A stretch of 51,112 bases of DNA from a virus. Its lineage: Duplodnaviria > Caudoviricetes. The notes beneath the pieces were generated by a model. It saw only the letters and a program-made list of their open reading frames with translations, was not told the DNA's origin and did not search any database. This document shows positions 19,589 to 27,730 of the stretch, in pieces; positions within the stretch are counted from its first letter, which is position 1; every line of letters starts with the position of its first letter. The stretch covers positions 1 to 51,112 of the IMG/VR virus record IMGVR_UViG_3300027798_000058; one strand, given 5' to 3'. Position numbers and translations under genes: made by a program.

Positions 19589-21523
19589 TCAGTCTGCTAC
19601 AGAACCAATAGCAATAACTTCACACACTCCGCCAGAGCAAGCTAGCTCTTGGGAACCTGTGGTGTTATCCTCTTGTTCATATTCCGAAAGCCTGCTCCAG
19701 TCAATTACTGGGGTGGGCTTTTCTTTTATCCACTGTTCATACTCTTCCTCTGTCACTTCTGTGTACGGCGCTTGCTTATACGTGCCTCCGTCGTACGGCA
19801 GGAAGGCTACCCCTGACAGTGTGTCAAAGTTGTTGTAGACCCATGCGCCTACATCCATCCACTCATGCTCACGAACGTTCACAGTAGCAGACGGCTTGTG
19901 CTCACACCAGTTATCCTGCAAGCGTTTCCATCCCTCCAATGCAGAGATAGCTGTCTCGTCGTGTCGTGTCTTGGCCCCCTTCGGAGACTTAATTGGAAAG
20001 TAGAACACAGACGTATTGGCTGGCGCCATTACATCTTCTTCCCAGTAGACTCCTGCGTCTTTGAGAAAGGCTGTAAGAGGATCTTTGTTGTCCGCTCTAA
20101 CAGTACGTATATAGTAAGGACTGTGACGAGTGTGTAAACCAGAAGCGCTGTCAACAAGTTGACTAACTGTGCCAGAAGGTTTAACACAAGTAGTGGCAGT
20201 AGACTGATTAACACCAAGCCTATCAGCCCAGAGTTTGTTTGTCTCAATGACGATATCTCGGATGCGAGTGAGGACTTCGGGGTCTTCCAGAAGCTTAGGG
20301 TTGTCTTGGATTCCCGTGAGAGAAACTCCCAGAAGACGCTCTTCATTACACGTATCATGCCATATCTTTCTTAAGTATTTAAAATTTGTGAATGTCGATT
20401 GGACCGTTCCAAGGATTGCAGCGACCCGAGCTTTTCGTTCAAGGCTCTCAACTGTATCTGTGCTTCTAACAACAATCTCTGTAAGGTTGCAGAACTGGAA
20501 AGGCCGGAGAATAATTTCCGAACAAGGGTTCGTGCCAAACTCATGTGAACTATCTCGACGTCCGTTTCGAGCAGCAATGTTTTGACAGGCGTATCGACTG
20601 AATAGGCCGGGCTCTCCTGACTTCGAATCGTACAGTTCTTTCCACTTCTTCATAAAGAAACCAACGTCTGGCTTCCTATGTTCGTACACAGCAGAGTTGT
20701 TAGCTAGTCGGCGTATACCTGCCTTCTCCCACCACGCACCCATCTTACTGGTAGACATGCGGTCATCTGTCACATCGAACAATGATATCATAGCTGACCG
20801 ACGGACACCGCCTACAACTACAACGTCACCTACCTTACACATAAGATCATGACACTCTAGCGAAGTAAGGTGACGACCAGCTGCGTTGGTAAATGTGTCA
20901 ACAGAGAACTGAAACAAATCAACTAAAGGAGCAGGCCCACTTGCCCTACCCCCAAAGGTTTTAAGTCGAGCACCTGCGGGGCGCACAGTAGATACATCCC
21001 ATGCAGGAATCTGTCCTGCAATAAGAAGGCTTATGACTTCTCGGAAAGCTTTTGCCCAGCCTTCCTTAGAGTCGGCAACCTTAACCACAGTTTCTGTCTT
21101 CTCAAATTGCTCGCTTATCTTGGGCAGCTGCTCAACATACTTATTCTCTACACTAAAGCCCACTCCTGTGCCACACATCAGTATGTACATTGCCTCGTCG
21201 AATGACCGAGGACTATCTACTGGTAGGTAGGCGCAGTTGTAGGCAGGTACATGGCATCGGTCCAACGCAGCACCTGATGTCATCAGCGCCCTCATTGAGG
21301 GCATTACTTCTAGTCCGTAGATTGCGTCGTAAATTTCTCTAAACGTTCCCGCATGTTTATCAACATTGATTGTGCTAGAGATCTGTGACTTGTAGTACTC
21401 AACAAGGCGGCTAACAGTTTCATCCCAATCCTCTCGTCGTGTCTCGTCTTGTTTCCATTTTGCGTATCGGCTCTTATAAATAAATTCTTGAAATTGATTC
21501 TTGAACGGACTGTTGGTTATCAA
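19589..21523 (-). CDS. nrdJ: class II (B12-dependent) ribonucleotide reductase, monomeric type
   Basis: PSMR..YNC, GGVRRSA, TNPCSEI, TCVKPSGT and C-terminal LACSGGVC motifs; no NrdB partner. Confidence 0.92.
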   Translation of the reverse strand: MITNSPFKNQFQEFIYKSRYAKWKQDETRREDWDETVSRLVEYYKSQISSTINVDKHAGTFREIYDAIYGLEVMPSMRALMTSGAALDRCHVPAYNCAYLPVDSPRSFDEAMYILMCGTGVGFSVENKYVEQLPKISEQFEKTETVVKVADSKEGWAKAFREVISLLIAGQIPAWDVSTVRPAGARLKTFGGRASGPAPLVDLFQFSVDTFTNAAGRHLTSLECHDLMCKVGDVVVVGGVRRSAMISLFDVTDDRMSTSKMGAWWEKAGIRRLANNSAVYEHRKPDVGFFMKKWKELYDSKSGEPGLFSRYACQNIAARNGRRDSSHEFGTNPCSEIILRPFQFCNLTEIVVRSTDTVESLERKARVAAILGTVQSTFTNFKYLRKIWHDTCNEERLLGVSLTGIQDNPKLLEDPEVLTRIRDIVIETNKLWADRLGVNQSTATTCVKPSGTVSQLVDSASGLHTRHSPYYIRTVRADNKDPLTAFLKDAGVYWEEDVMAPANTSVFYFPIKSPKGAKTRHDETAISALEGWKRLQDNWCEHKPSATVNVREHEWMDVGAWVYNNFDTLSGVAFLPYDGGTYKQAPYTEVTEEEYEQWIKEKPTPVIDWSRLSEYEQEDNTTGSQELACSGGVCEVIAIGSVAD

Positions 21524-21741
21524 TTGCTGTCGCTTTCTATTTCTTCTAGTTCAATCAGAAGTTCGATGTTGTGAATTGCTTTACGCAAGTCTTCAATACC
21601 GTTCTTGTCTTTGTACCTGGTTACATATTTAATTGCATTGGCTTGGCAGTAATTTAGGTTGTTGGCCATGGCGTATTCTATTGGCTGTACCTTGTACTTC
21701 TTGTAGTGACTTCCTCCTACTTGTTTAGTTAAGCTCAACAT
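21520..21741 (-). CDS. DUF3310 / T7 gp1.7-like protein
   Basis: QVGGSHY..IQP-like and NAIKYVTRY..KNG.EDLRKA motifs; ATG at 21741. Confidence 0.85.
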   Translation of the reverse strand: MLSLTKQVGGSHYKKYKVQPIEYAMANNLNYCQANAIKYVTRYKDKNGIEDLRKAIHNIELLIELEEIESDSN

Positions 21742-21865
21742 CTCGCCACTTCCTTTCAGCTTCTTGAGTTGCCTCAATCCTATCACTAAAATCTTTTTCT
21801 GTTAAAGATTGCGCCAGCCCCTCATCTTCTAGCCAGAAAAAGAATTCCATCGGCTTGTCATCCAT
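21725..21865 (-). CDS. 46-aa hypothetical protein (not in ORF track)
   Basis: MDDKPMEFFFWLEDEG...VELN*; fills the gap and overlaps both neighbours. Confidence 0.55.
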   Translation of the reverse strand: MDDKPMEFFFWLEDEGLAQSLTEKDFSDRIEATQEAERKWRDVELN

Positions 21866-22046
21866 TGTAGTCTGTATCCATTTCTTCATCATCTAAGGTA
21901 AGACCTACAAATTCCTGCAGGTCTATCATCTTGTCTTCAATTAACTCTTCGAACGCATCAATGATTTCGACCATAGGTATCTGCAAATACTCTACTAGTT
22001 CCCAAGGTTCAAGGCGGTCGAGGATTGCTTTATGCAGTTCTTCCAT
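21858..22046 (-). CDS. small acidic hypothetical protein
   Basis: Tightly packed ORF; ELVEYLQI....IIDAFEE. Confidence 0.65.
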   Translation of the reverse strand: MEELHKAILDRLEPWELVEYLQIPMVEIIDAFEELIEDKMIDLQEFVGLTLDDEEMDTDYNG

Positions 22047-22398
22047 TGACCAATCCTTTATACATGCTCTCTACTAGGTACTGTATAAGGTATGCAGTAG
22101 CCTCGCTGCCCGCCTTGTCCTCTCCTAGGTACTCATAGATACCCTCCACTATATGCCATGCTTCATGGGCTATAATTGCAGGCAGACTATCGTGGGGAAT
22201 GTCTGGGTTGTACGTTACAATGAATGCGTTAGTACCCGAATCGTCTACAAAGCCGTGAGTTGTGGCCATTGCTGTGTCAGTTGCCATCCAATCGTTACAA
22301 TCAATATCCTTGATTAGTTTGGCAAAAGCTTTCTTACTGTCGGTAAACCCTACCATCACTGGCCATGAGCCCATGGCTATGTATTCCATCTTGTTCAT
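22030..22398 (-). CDS. hypothetical protein with HExxH motif
   Basis: IAHEAWH...E..AY; ATG at 22398 overlaps the upstream stop. Confidence 0.6.
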   Translation of the reverse strand: MNKMEYIAMGSWPVMVGFTDSKKAFAKLIKDIDCNDWMATDTAMATTHGFVDDSGTNAFIVTYNPDIPHDSLPAIIAHEAWHIVEGIYEYLGEDKAGSEATAYLIQYLVESMYKGLVNGRTA

Positions 22399-23126
22399 GC
22401 GACTTTTATTTTCTCTCTTGTTCCCTCTGACCATGACCCGCAGGCTTGGCATTGAAGGCGTTGAATCTTGAACGACTTAGTACGGCGGTAACCCCGGCTT
22501 TGAACGTGCTTAGAACCACATGCACCACACGCACTGCTGCCTGTCTCGCCAAGGTGAGGGTGGTTACGAATGTAAGGCTTGACTTCATCGTATAGTTTCT
22601 CTAGTAGCAGTACGTCTTGTATGCAGTACTTTTCCATACGCCTCTGTGCCTTAGCATCGCCCTCCATGACTGACCGCCAGAGACCAAAGCCTTCGTGCTT
22701 CAGCTTCTTGCCAATCTTAAGTAATGGGCCAATGTAGGCCAGTCGATTCATGTCAAAGCCTAGCTTCTTCACTGCCTTAAGAACGTCAATAGAAGTCGGA
22801 GGTTGAGGCGGCCTCATCTTGTTGAGAAGGAACTCGCCCTGTAACTTAGGTAAATCAAACTTGTCCCCGTTGTATGTAACAATTGCATCTGCTTCTGTCA
22901 TCAGGGCATGAACCCCTCGTAACATCTCTTCGTGCCCATGATCCCAGTCCGAGTAGAAGAGTGTCTCCTTGCTGCCTTGCCACTTAGCGCCAACACATAT
23001 CGTGCCGCCTGGTTCGATGACTTGTTCTGGGTTTATGGACGTGTCCCACATACGGAACGTATACACCGTTGCCGGTTTAGTTTCGATATCTAGGAAGAGT
23101 ATTTTATTCTGCATGCCATTGGCCAA
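22395..23126 (-). CDS. RNase H-like (DEDD) exonuclease with C-terminal Zn ribbon
   Basis: LDIET, YNGDKFD and YCIQDV motifs; CxxC...CxxC. Start may be 23114. Confidence 0.85.
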   Translation of the reverse strand: MANGMQNKILFLDIETKPATVYTFRMWDTSINPEQVIEPGGTICVGAKWQGSKETLFYSDWDHGHEEMLRGVHALMTEADAIVTYNGDKFDLPKLQGEFLLNKMRPPQPPTSIDVLKAVKKLGFDMNRLAYIGPLLKIGKKLKHEGFGLWRSVMEGDAKAQRRMEKYCIQDVLLLEKLYDEVKPYIRNHPHLGETGSSACGACGSKHVQSRGYRRTKSFKIQRLQCQACGSWSEGTREKIKVA

Positions 23127-23277
23127 TCGTGTTCTTGAAGGCCTCGATAAAGCCCTTCTTTTGATAATGTGATGGTTGTATTTGCTGCGTCTCTAGTAGG
23201 TAGTAGTAGTTCTTTATAATTGCTTGGGCAGCTTCTTCACCCTCGCGGTAACCAGATTCATAGTCTTCGTTATCCAT
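23104..23277 (-). CDS. small hypothetical protein
   Basis: MDNEDYESGY..., with GGAAGG upstream. Confidence 0.5.
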   Translation of the reverse strand: MDNEDYESGYREGEEAAQAIIKNYYYLLETQQIQPSHYQKKGFIEAFKNTIGQWHAE

Positions 23278-23572
23278 AGAATTTATGCCTTCCAATAATG
23301 TATAAGATTGTTTTATTAAATGTAACACTAAAGTTAGTAAAGAACAGAGCCCCTCGAACGTTGTTGCGATGCTTACCCTTCAATACTTCTGCAGCTAGTT
23401 GCTGCTTCTCATTAGTCATAGGCTTCTTGCCATACCAAGAGAACTGTCCGCGCTGTTTAACTACGCCACATACTGTGCGAGGGAACTTGCCTGACTGTAC
23501 TCTATTCATTACGACATTGGCCACCGCTAGTTGCCCTTCCCGTGGTTCTCCCTTAGCTTCGTGATAAATCAC
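23270..23572 (-). CDS. SleB-like cell wall hydrolase (Hydrolase_2)
   Basis: IYHEA.GE...GQ.AVA.VV.NRV....P.TVC.VV.Q..QFSW...IG.H.FY; start uncertain. Confidence 0.85.
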   Translation of the reverse strand: MIYHEAKGEPREGQLAVANVVMNRVQSGKFPRTVCGVVKQRGQFSWYGKKPMTNEKQQLAAEVLKGKHRNNVRGALFFTNFSVTFNKTILYIIGRHKFYG

Positions 23573-23627
23573 AGAGCTTAAGCAGAGAGCCGCGGAGGCT
23601 AGCGTCTCATTAACAAGACTGCATGTA

Positions 23628-24014
23628 CTATCCTTTTTCTAATATCCATGAGAGGGGAATAGTTTTCTCAGCCCACTGGTACCCCAGTCGCTCCGCCCAT
23701 TCCCCATACGTCTCGCTGTTCTTAGCTTTCGAGAGACGTTTGTTTGCTACTTGAAACACGAAGCGTATATCTAACTCCGAGTTCTGCTCCTTAATCTTAC
23801 GCATCTTAGTCCGGTCTCGTGGCCGCAGATAACCTTTGGCCTCAATGATGATGCCGTTAGACAGCCGAAAGTCGGCTATGTATCTGTAAGGTATGACGTA
23901 GTTTATCTTGAGGTCGGCTGGCTCAAACTCTATGCCAGCATCATTCTCCTTTGCTGCTTCCCATATGGTACGCTCAAAGCCTGAACGAAAAGCAGGCTCT
24001 TTATCTTTCTTCAA
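23628..24014 (-). CDS. T7 endonuclease I-like Holliday junction resolvase
   Basis: FRSGFE, Y..DF.L.NGIIIEAKG, LDIRFVF and TYG.WA motifs. Confidence 0.88.
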   Translation of the reverse strand: MKKDKEPAFRSGFERTIWEAAKENDAGIEFEPADLKINYVIPYRYIADFRLSNGIIIEAKGYLRPRDRTKMRKIKEQNSELDIRFVFQVANKRLSKAKNSETYGEWAERLGYQWAEKTIPLSWILEKG

Positions 24015-24850
24015 ACAACAAACTCCATAACGTCAGGCGTCTTAGATACCTGAGTAAGGTAACGAGGGCCACCACTATAAGCAAAGCCACGAAGACCTGG
24101 CCAGCACTCCTTTTTGTACGTACAATAAGAGCAGCCTGTGCCAAGCTTCATGTTACCAGACTTGCCGTCCTCGACTGCGGGATAGCAGCGTTCGGGTGGC
24201 TCGTCTGATGCGATAACTTCTTTGAGGTGAGTGATGCGGGGAGCAGGCTTGTGGTCTGCAATGATGGAGGAAGATAGTGTAGCGAGACACATGTCGCCGT
24301 CTACCTTGTTAAGAGCCAGCCATGCAGCGGACTCGCCTGGAGTTAGTACGTCAGCGTATCCTGCTAGCTGTTGTGTGTATCCGAACGGGTCGTCCTGTAC
24401 CACACTGTTGTTCTCGAACTTCTTGAAGCCGAAGGGTGAGGCAGACTTGACGTCTACTACCACGCCGTCAATGATGGCGTCGATGTGACCCTTGACTCCG
24501 TCGACTTCTACTTCCTCTTGTAACGCTTCGACACTGTGCCCTGCCTCTTTGGCTAAGAACAACAGCATCAGTTCAATGATGTCACCATATAGGAACTTGA
24601 AGTATGTCTTGCTTGTGAACTCTTCTTGTGCGTATCCCTTGGCAGCGTACCATGCCTGTCGGTCTGGCCTGCCTAGGGCGGAGAACCGCAGGGCTCCTGT
24701 CCGTTCTTCGCCTCGAGCCAGTCGCCGTCGAAAGATATCCTTGAGGCTGTCTGCAAACTCGTCTAGGTTTTCCTCGGACGGGACGTGTGTTTCTTTAGGG
24801 TCGAACAGCTGATAGATGTCAGCTACTAACGTCTCTATTTGTTTTGTCAT
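24011..24850 (-). CDS. PD-(D/E)XK Cas4/RecB-like exonuclease
   Basis: GHIDAIIDG..VDVKSAS, Y..QL..Y and C.YC.YK..CW motifs. Confidence 0.8.
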   Translation of the reverse strand: MTKQIETLVADIYQLFDPKETHVPSEENLDEFADSLKDIFRRRLARGEERTGALRFSALGRPDRQAWYAAKGYAQEEFTSKTYFKFLYGDIIELMLLFLAKEAGHSVEALQEEVEVDGVKGHIDAIIDGVVVDVKSASPFGFKKFENNSVVQDDPFGYTQQLAGYADVLTPGESAAWLALNKVDGDMCLATLSSSIIADHKPAPRITHLKEVIASDEPPERCYPAVEDGKSGNMKLGTGCSYCTYKKECWPGLRGFAYSGGPRYLTQVSKTPDVMEFVV

Positions 24851-25053
24851 GGTTGTGGACTTTCTACTGGGGTGAATTCCCAGCTGCTGTTAGAGTACTC
24901 TTTATCCTGACAAAGATACTCTGAGAATAATCCTTGCAAGGCTTGGTCTTGTGCATCGCTGTCATTGTATGCATCTACTGACATGTACCCTGTCTCCCGT
25001 ACTTCTGTAGTATGTACAAAAGAGAAGTAATATCTGCGCTTCTTCTTAGCCAT
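24847..25053 (-). CDS. small hypothetical protein
   Basis: AGGAG RBS before ATG at 25053 (MAKKKRRYY...). Confidence 0.6.
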   Translation of the reverse strand: MAKKKRRYYFSFVHTTEVRETGYMSVDAYNDSDAQDQALQGLFSEYLCQDKEYSNSSWEFTPVESPQP

Positions 25054-25055
25054 TC

Positions 25056-25186
25056 GTGGGCTCCTATGGTGTGGGCCTTTCACCCACTGGGGAGGTTACG
25101 TACCGCTCCTCAGCCTGTCCAGCACAAGAGACCTCCCTCAGTGCACTCCCTCTAGGCGGGGAGCCTGACCTTAGTCAGGTATCTGG
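25056..25186 (-). ncRNA. candidate structured intergenic RNA
   Basis: Stems 25085-96/25131-43 (12 bp, one bulge), 25146-50/25159-63, 25164-69/25174-79 and 25071-75/25083-87. Confidence 0.4.
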
Positions 25187-25804
25187 TTAAAGTAATTCGT
25201 CCATGTCGTCGTCTAGCTCATCCACTTTGTCTCCTTCAGGTGTGAAGGGTGGTTCAGGGTCAACCAAGTCAAAGTCTTTCTTAAACTGGGCTGACTCACG
25301 GGCGCGTTGTTCCGCAAGAGCCTTGGCTTCTGCTGCGAACTCGTCGTCATCGGAGACTGCATCAAACTCTTGCTTGTTATATTCTACTAGCTTGAGTACC
25401 CGAATGGAACGGATGTAGATGCCGTGCTTCTTGCCTGGCCCGTAATCAACAACAACAAACTTAACGTCAATGTCTGAGCCATTGCCAATCAACTTGTCTT
25501 GTGACCAAGGGTTGCCGAGGATGTCCGTAATTTTAATACGTTCATTAGCCTCGCCATTGCGCTTATACTCAGCTTGCTTGAAGGTCATGTACGGCATGCC
25601 GTCCACGTACTCATCTTTCTGCTTCACTCGGTCAGCGATGCCGAGCTTCTTGGCCTCCGCCTTGATTCCCTTTTCATCTGTAAAGTATACGTCTATCTTC
25701 CACTCTTTGCCATCCTTGTTGTAGTTCAACATCGGTTCGCCAAGAATCTTTGCATACTGTGCTTTGCCACGGAATACTGCGGTCTGCGGTTTACTAATAG
25801 TCAT
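25187..25804 (-). CDS. single-stranded DNA-binding protein (T7 gp2.5-like)
   Basis: G...YAK, IGNGS...V and IRVL.LVEY motifs; acidic C-terminal tail; adjacent to PolA. Confidence 0.75.
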   Translation of the reverse strand: MTISKPQTAVFRGKAQYAKILGEPMLNYNKDGKEWKIDVYFTDEKGIKAEAKKLGIADRVKQKDEYVDGMPYMTFKQAEYKRNGEANERIKITDILGNPWSQDKLIGNGSDIDVKFVVVDYGPGKKHGIYIRSIRVLKLVEYNKQEFDAVSDDDEFAAEAKALAEQRARESAQFKKDFDLVDPEPPFTPEGDKVDELDDDMDELL

Positions 25805-25858
25805 GTCTAATCAATTACCTTTCACAATAGGGAGGGAGTTTCCCTAACCCTATAACAT

Positions 25859-25887
25859 ATTATACCAAGTTTATACTCAAATGTCAA
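25859..25887 (-). promoter_or_regulatory. sigma70 consensus promoter for the SSB/nuclease operon
   Basis: TTGACA-N17-TATAAT on the minus strand with an extended -10 TG. Confidence 0.85.
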
Positions 25888-25900
25888 CACTTATTTTATA

Positions 25901-27730
25901 TTAGTGTGTCTCTGCCCAAGTCATGCCGACCTTAGCATCGCAGTCAATAGGAAGGCGGTAGTTAAAGAACTCACCGCTAGCATTAAAAGCTTTAGGGCAA
26001 ACGTCATTTGCAAATTCGTCTGCGTGTATTCTAAGTGCATCGTTCTGCCATTCATCATGTATGTCTCCTACTTTTAGTACATCTAATCGTCTCCGTCGTA
26101 CGTCGGCTGCTGTAAAGATAGCTGCCTTCTTCATCAGTCTTGACTCATCTCCTTGCAAGAGGTAACCAAGCCGAGTGTGCATTGTGGTGACGATAAGGGG
26201 AGTCCCGTCGCAAAGTCTAATGCGCCCACCTCGCGTGACCTGTCGCTCAAGGCTGTCGAGTAGTTGCTTAAGACCTGGGAAGTTTCCAATAAACCTTTCT
26301 TTAATTTGTTTACCATCTCGTGTCGTTCCGCCAATGATTTGTCCAACCTTAGCATCTCCTGCTCCGAGTAAGAAAGCATAGATGAAAGTCTTAGCAACAG
26401 CTCGTGATTGAAAGCCTCCCATCTGTTGGTTGTATGAGTGTGGGTCTCCATCTAATACTGCCTCCGTAAATTTCTTGTTGTTAAGATAGTGAGCGAGGAC
26501 TCGTAGCTGTATACCCTTAGCATCAACACCAATCAGTACTCGTTTGCTTGTATCCCTGACCGTCCATAGGTCACGGGCTTCATACGTATAGACGCCGTCC
26601 TGTCCCTTGAGAGGGCCGTCTGCCCCTACTCTTACGGCAGGGATGTTAGCGGTATTAGGATTGCTATGCCGATAGCGCAGAGTATTAGCGTACCACAGGT
26701 TGCCATGAATACACTTGGTCTCTTCATTGTATGCCTCAATCCATGTGTTAATCATGTTGGCCCGAGAGTTGTACTCAATCCATCGTGCTATAAGTCGGGC
26801 GCCTTGGTCGTCAGTCTCTTCTACAAACTTCTCAAGTGATGGGCTTAGCTTTCCCTTGTCAGTGGGCTTGGGCTTGCCTGTCTTAGTGAACTCTCCAGGA
26901 ATCCAACCGAGTCCAAGAAGTTTCTCAGCTCGTTGGTCAGGGCTTCCGATGTTGAAAGCAACGTAGTCATAGCAATCGTATCGGTCTCCGTCCATAACAT
27001 CAACTCGGACATACTGCTCGGTGTGCTTGGTAAAGTTAGCAGTTGGTTCGCCATCGTTCTTGTAAGGTTTCTTAAACGACTTGATGAGTTCGAGAACGGG
27101 AGGCCACTGCTCATGTATCTTCTCCTGTAGTTTGTTCTCCTCCTGCCGTAGCTTGGAGTAAAGAACGTGGGCCTGCTGGATATTGAATGCGAACCCTGTC
27201 TGCTGCTGCTTCTGTATCAGCTGCCATGACCGATGCTCTAGTTCAAGGCCCATGTCTGTGAACCCAAGCCGTGTCATACGGGTGACCAATACGTTGTATA
27301 CCTCGACACACAAGGCTGTGTCCTGTACACAATAGCGCATCATCTGGTCACTGAACTGGGAGAAGTCATGGAAGTCACCCTTGAGAAAGCGGAGGCGGAT
27401 ACCCCATGCCCCTAGCGAGTGACCCCCTGCGAGGGAGGGACTGAACAGCATCGACAGTATCATAGTGTCAATGATGTCAGCCATGCCCAAGCGTAGACCT
27501 AGCAAGCGGTTCAGGGTGGGTGCGTCATAGCCTATGATGTTGTGGCCTATGAACTTGCACCCGTCCTTGTGCTTGTCATTCATCCAGTCTCGTATGGCAT
27601 CGTGACCAACGAGGGATACTTCTTGACGTGTCTTTACATTCTTGGCGGCCATGCACCAGATGCGGTTAGAGGGTAGGTTGTCGCCCTCGATGTCGATGGC
27701 CCAGTACTTTTCGGTTGGGTTTAGGTACAT
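25901..27730 (-). CDS. DNA polymerase, family A (T7-like) with 3'-5' exonuclease
   Basis: Exo motifs DIE, HNIIGYD and YCVQD; motif A DAKGIQLR, motif B R..AKTFIYAFLLG, motif C IHDE. Confidence 0.95.
   Translation of the reverse strand: MYLNPTEKYWAIDIEGDNLPSNRIWCMAAKNVKTRQEVSLVGHDAIRDWMNDKHKDGCKFIGHNIIGYDAPTLNRLLGLRLGMADIIDTMILSMLFSPSLAGGHSLGAWGIRLRFLKGDFHDFSQFSDQMMRYCVQDTALCVEVYNVLVTRMTRLGFTDMGLELEHRSWQLIQKQQQTGFAFNIQQAHVLYSKLRQEENKLQEKIHEQWPPVLELIKSFKKPYKNDGEPTANFTKHTEQYVRVDVMDGDRYDCYDYVAFNIGSPDQRAEKLLGLGWIPGEFTKTGKPKPTDKGKLSPSLEKFVEETDDQGARLIARWIEYNSRANMINTWIEAYNEETKCIHGNLWYANTLRYRHSNPNTANIPAVRVGADGPLKGQDGVYTYEARDLWTVRDTSKRVLIGVDAKGIQLRVLAHYLNNKKFTEAVLDGDPHSYNQQMGGFQSRAVAKTFIYAFLLGAGDAKVGQIIGGTTRDGKQIKERFIGNFPGLKQLLDSLERQVTRGGRIRLCDGTPLIVTTMHTRLGYLLQGDESRLMKKAAIFTAADVRRRRLDVLKVGDIHDEWQNDALRIHADEFANDVCPKAFNASGEFFNYRLPIDCDAKVGMTWAETH

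Noticed and set aside
25075-25115. Hammerhead ribozyme (CTGAGGA ... GAAA on the minus strand)
   Set aside because: GAAA does not follow stem II, so the core cannot be assembled.
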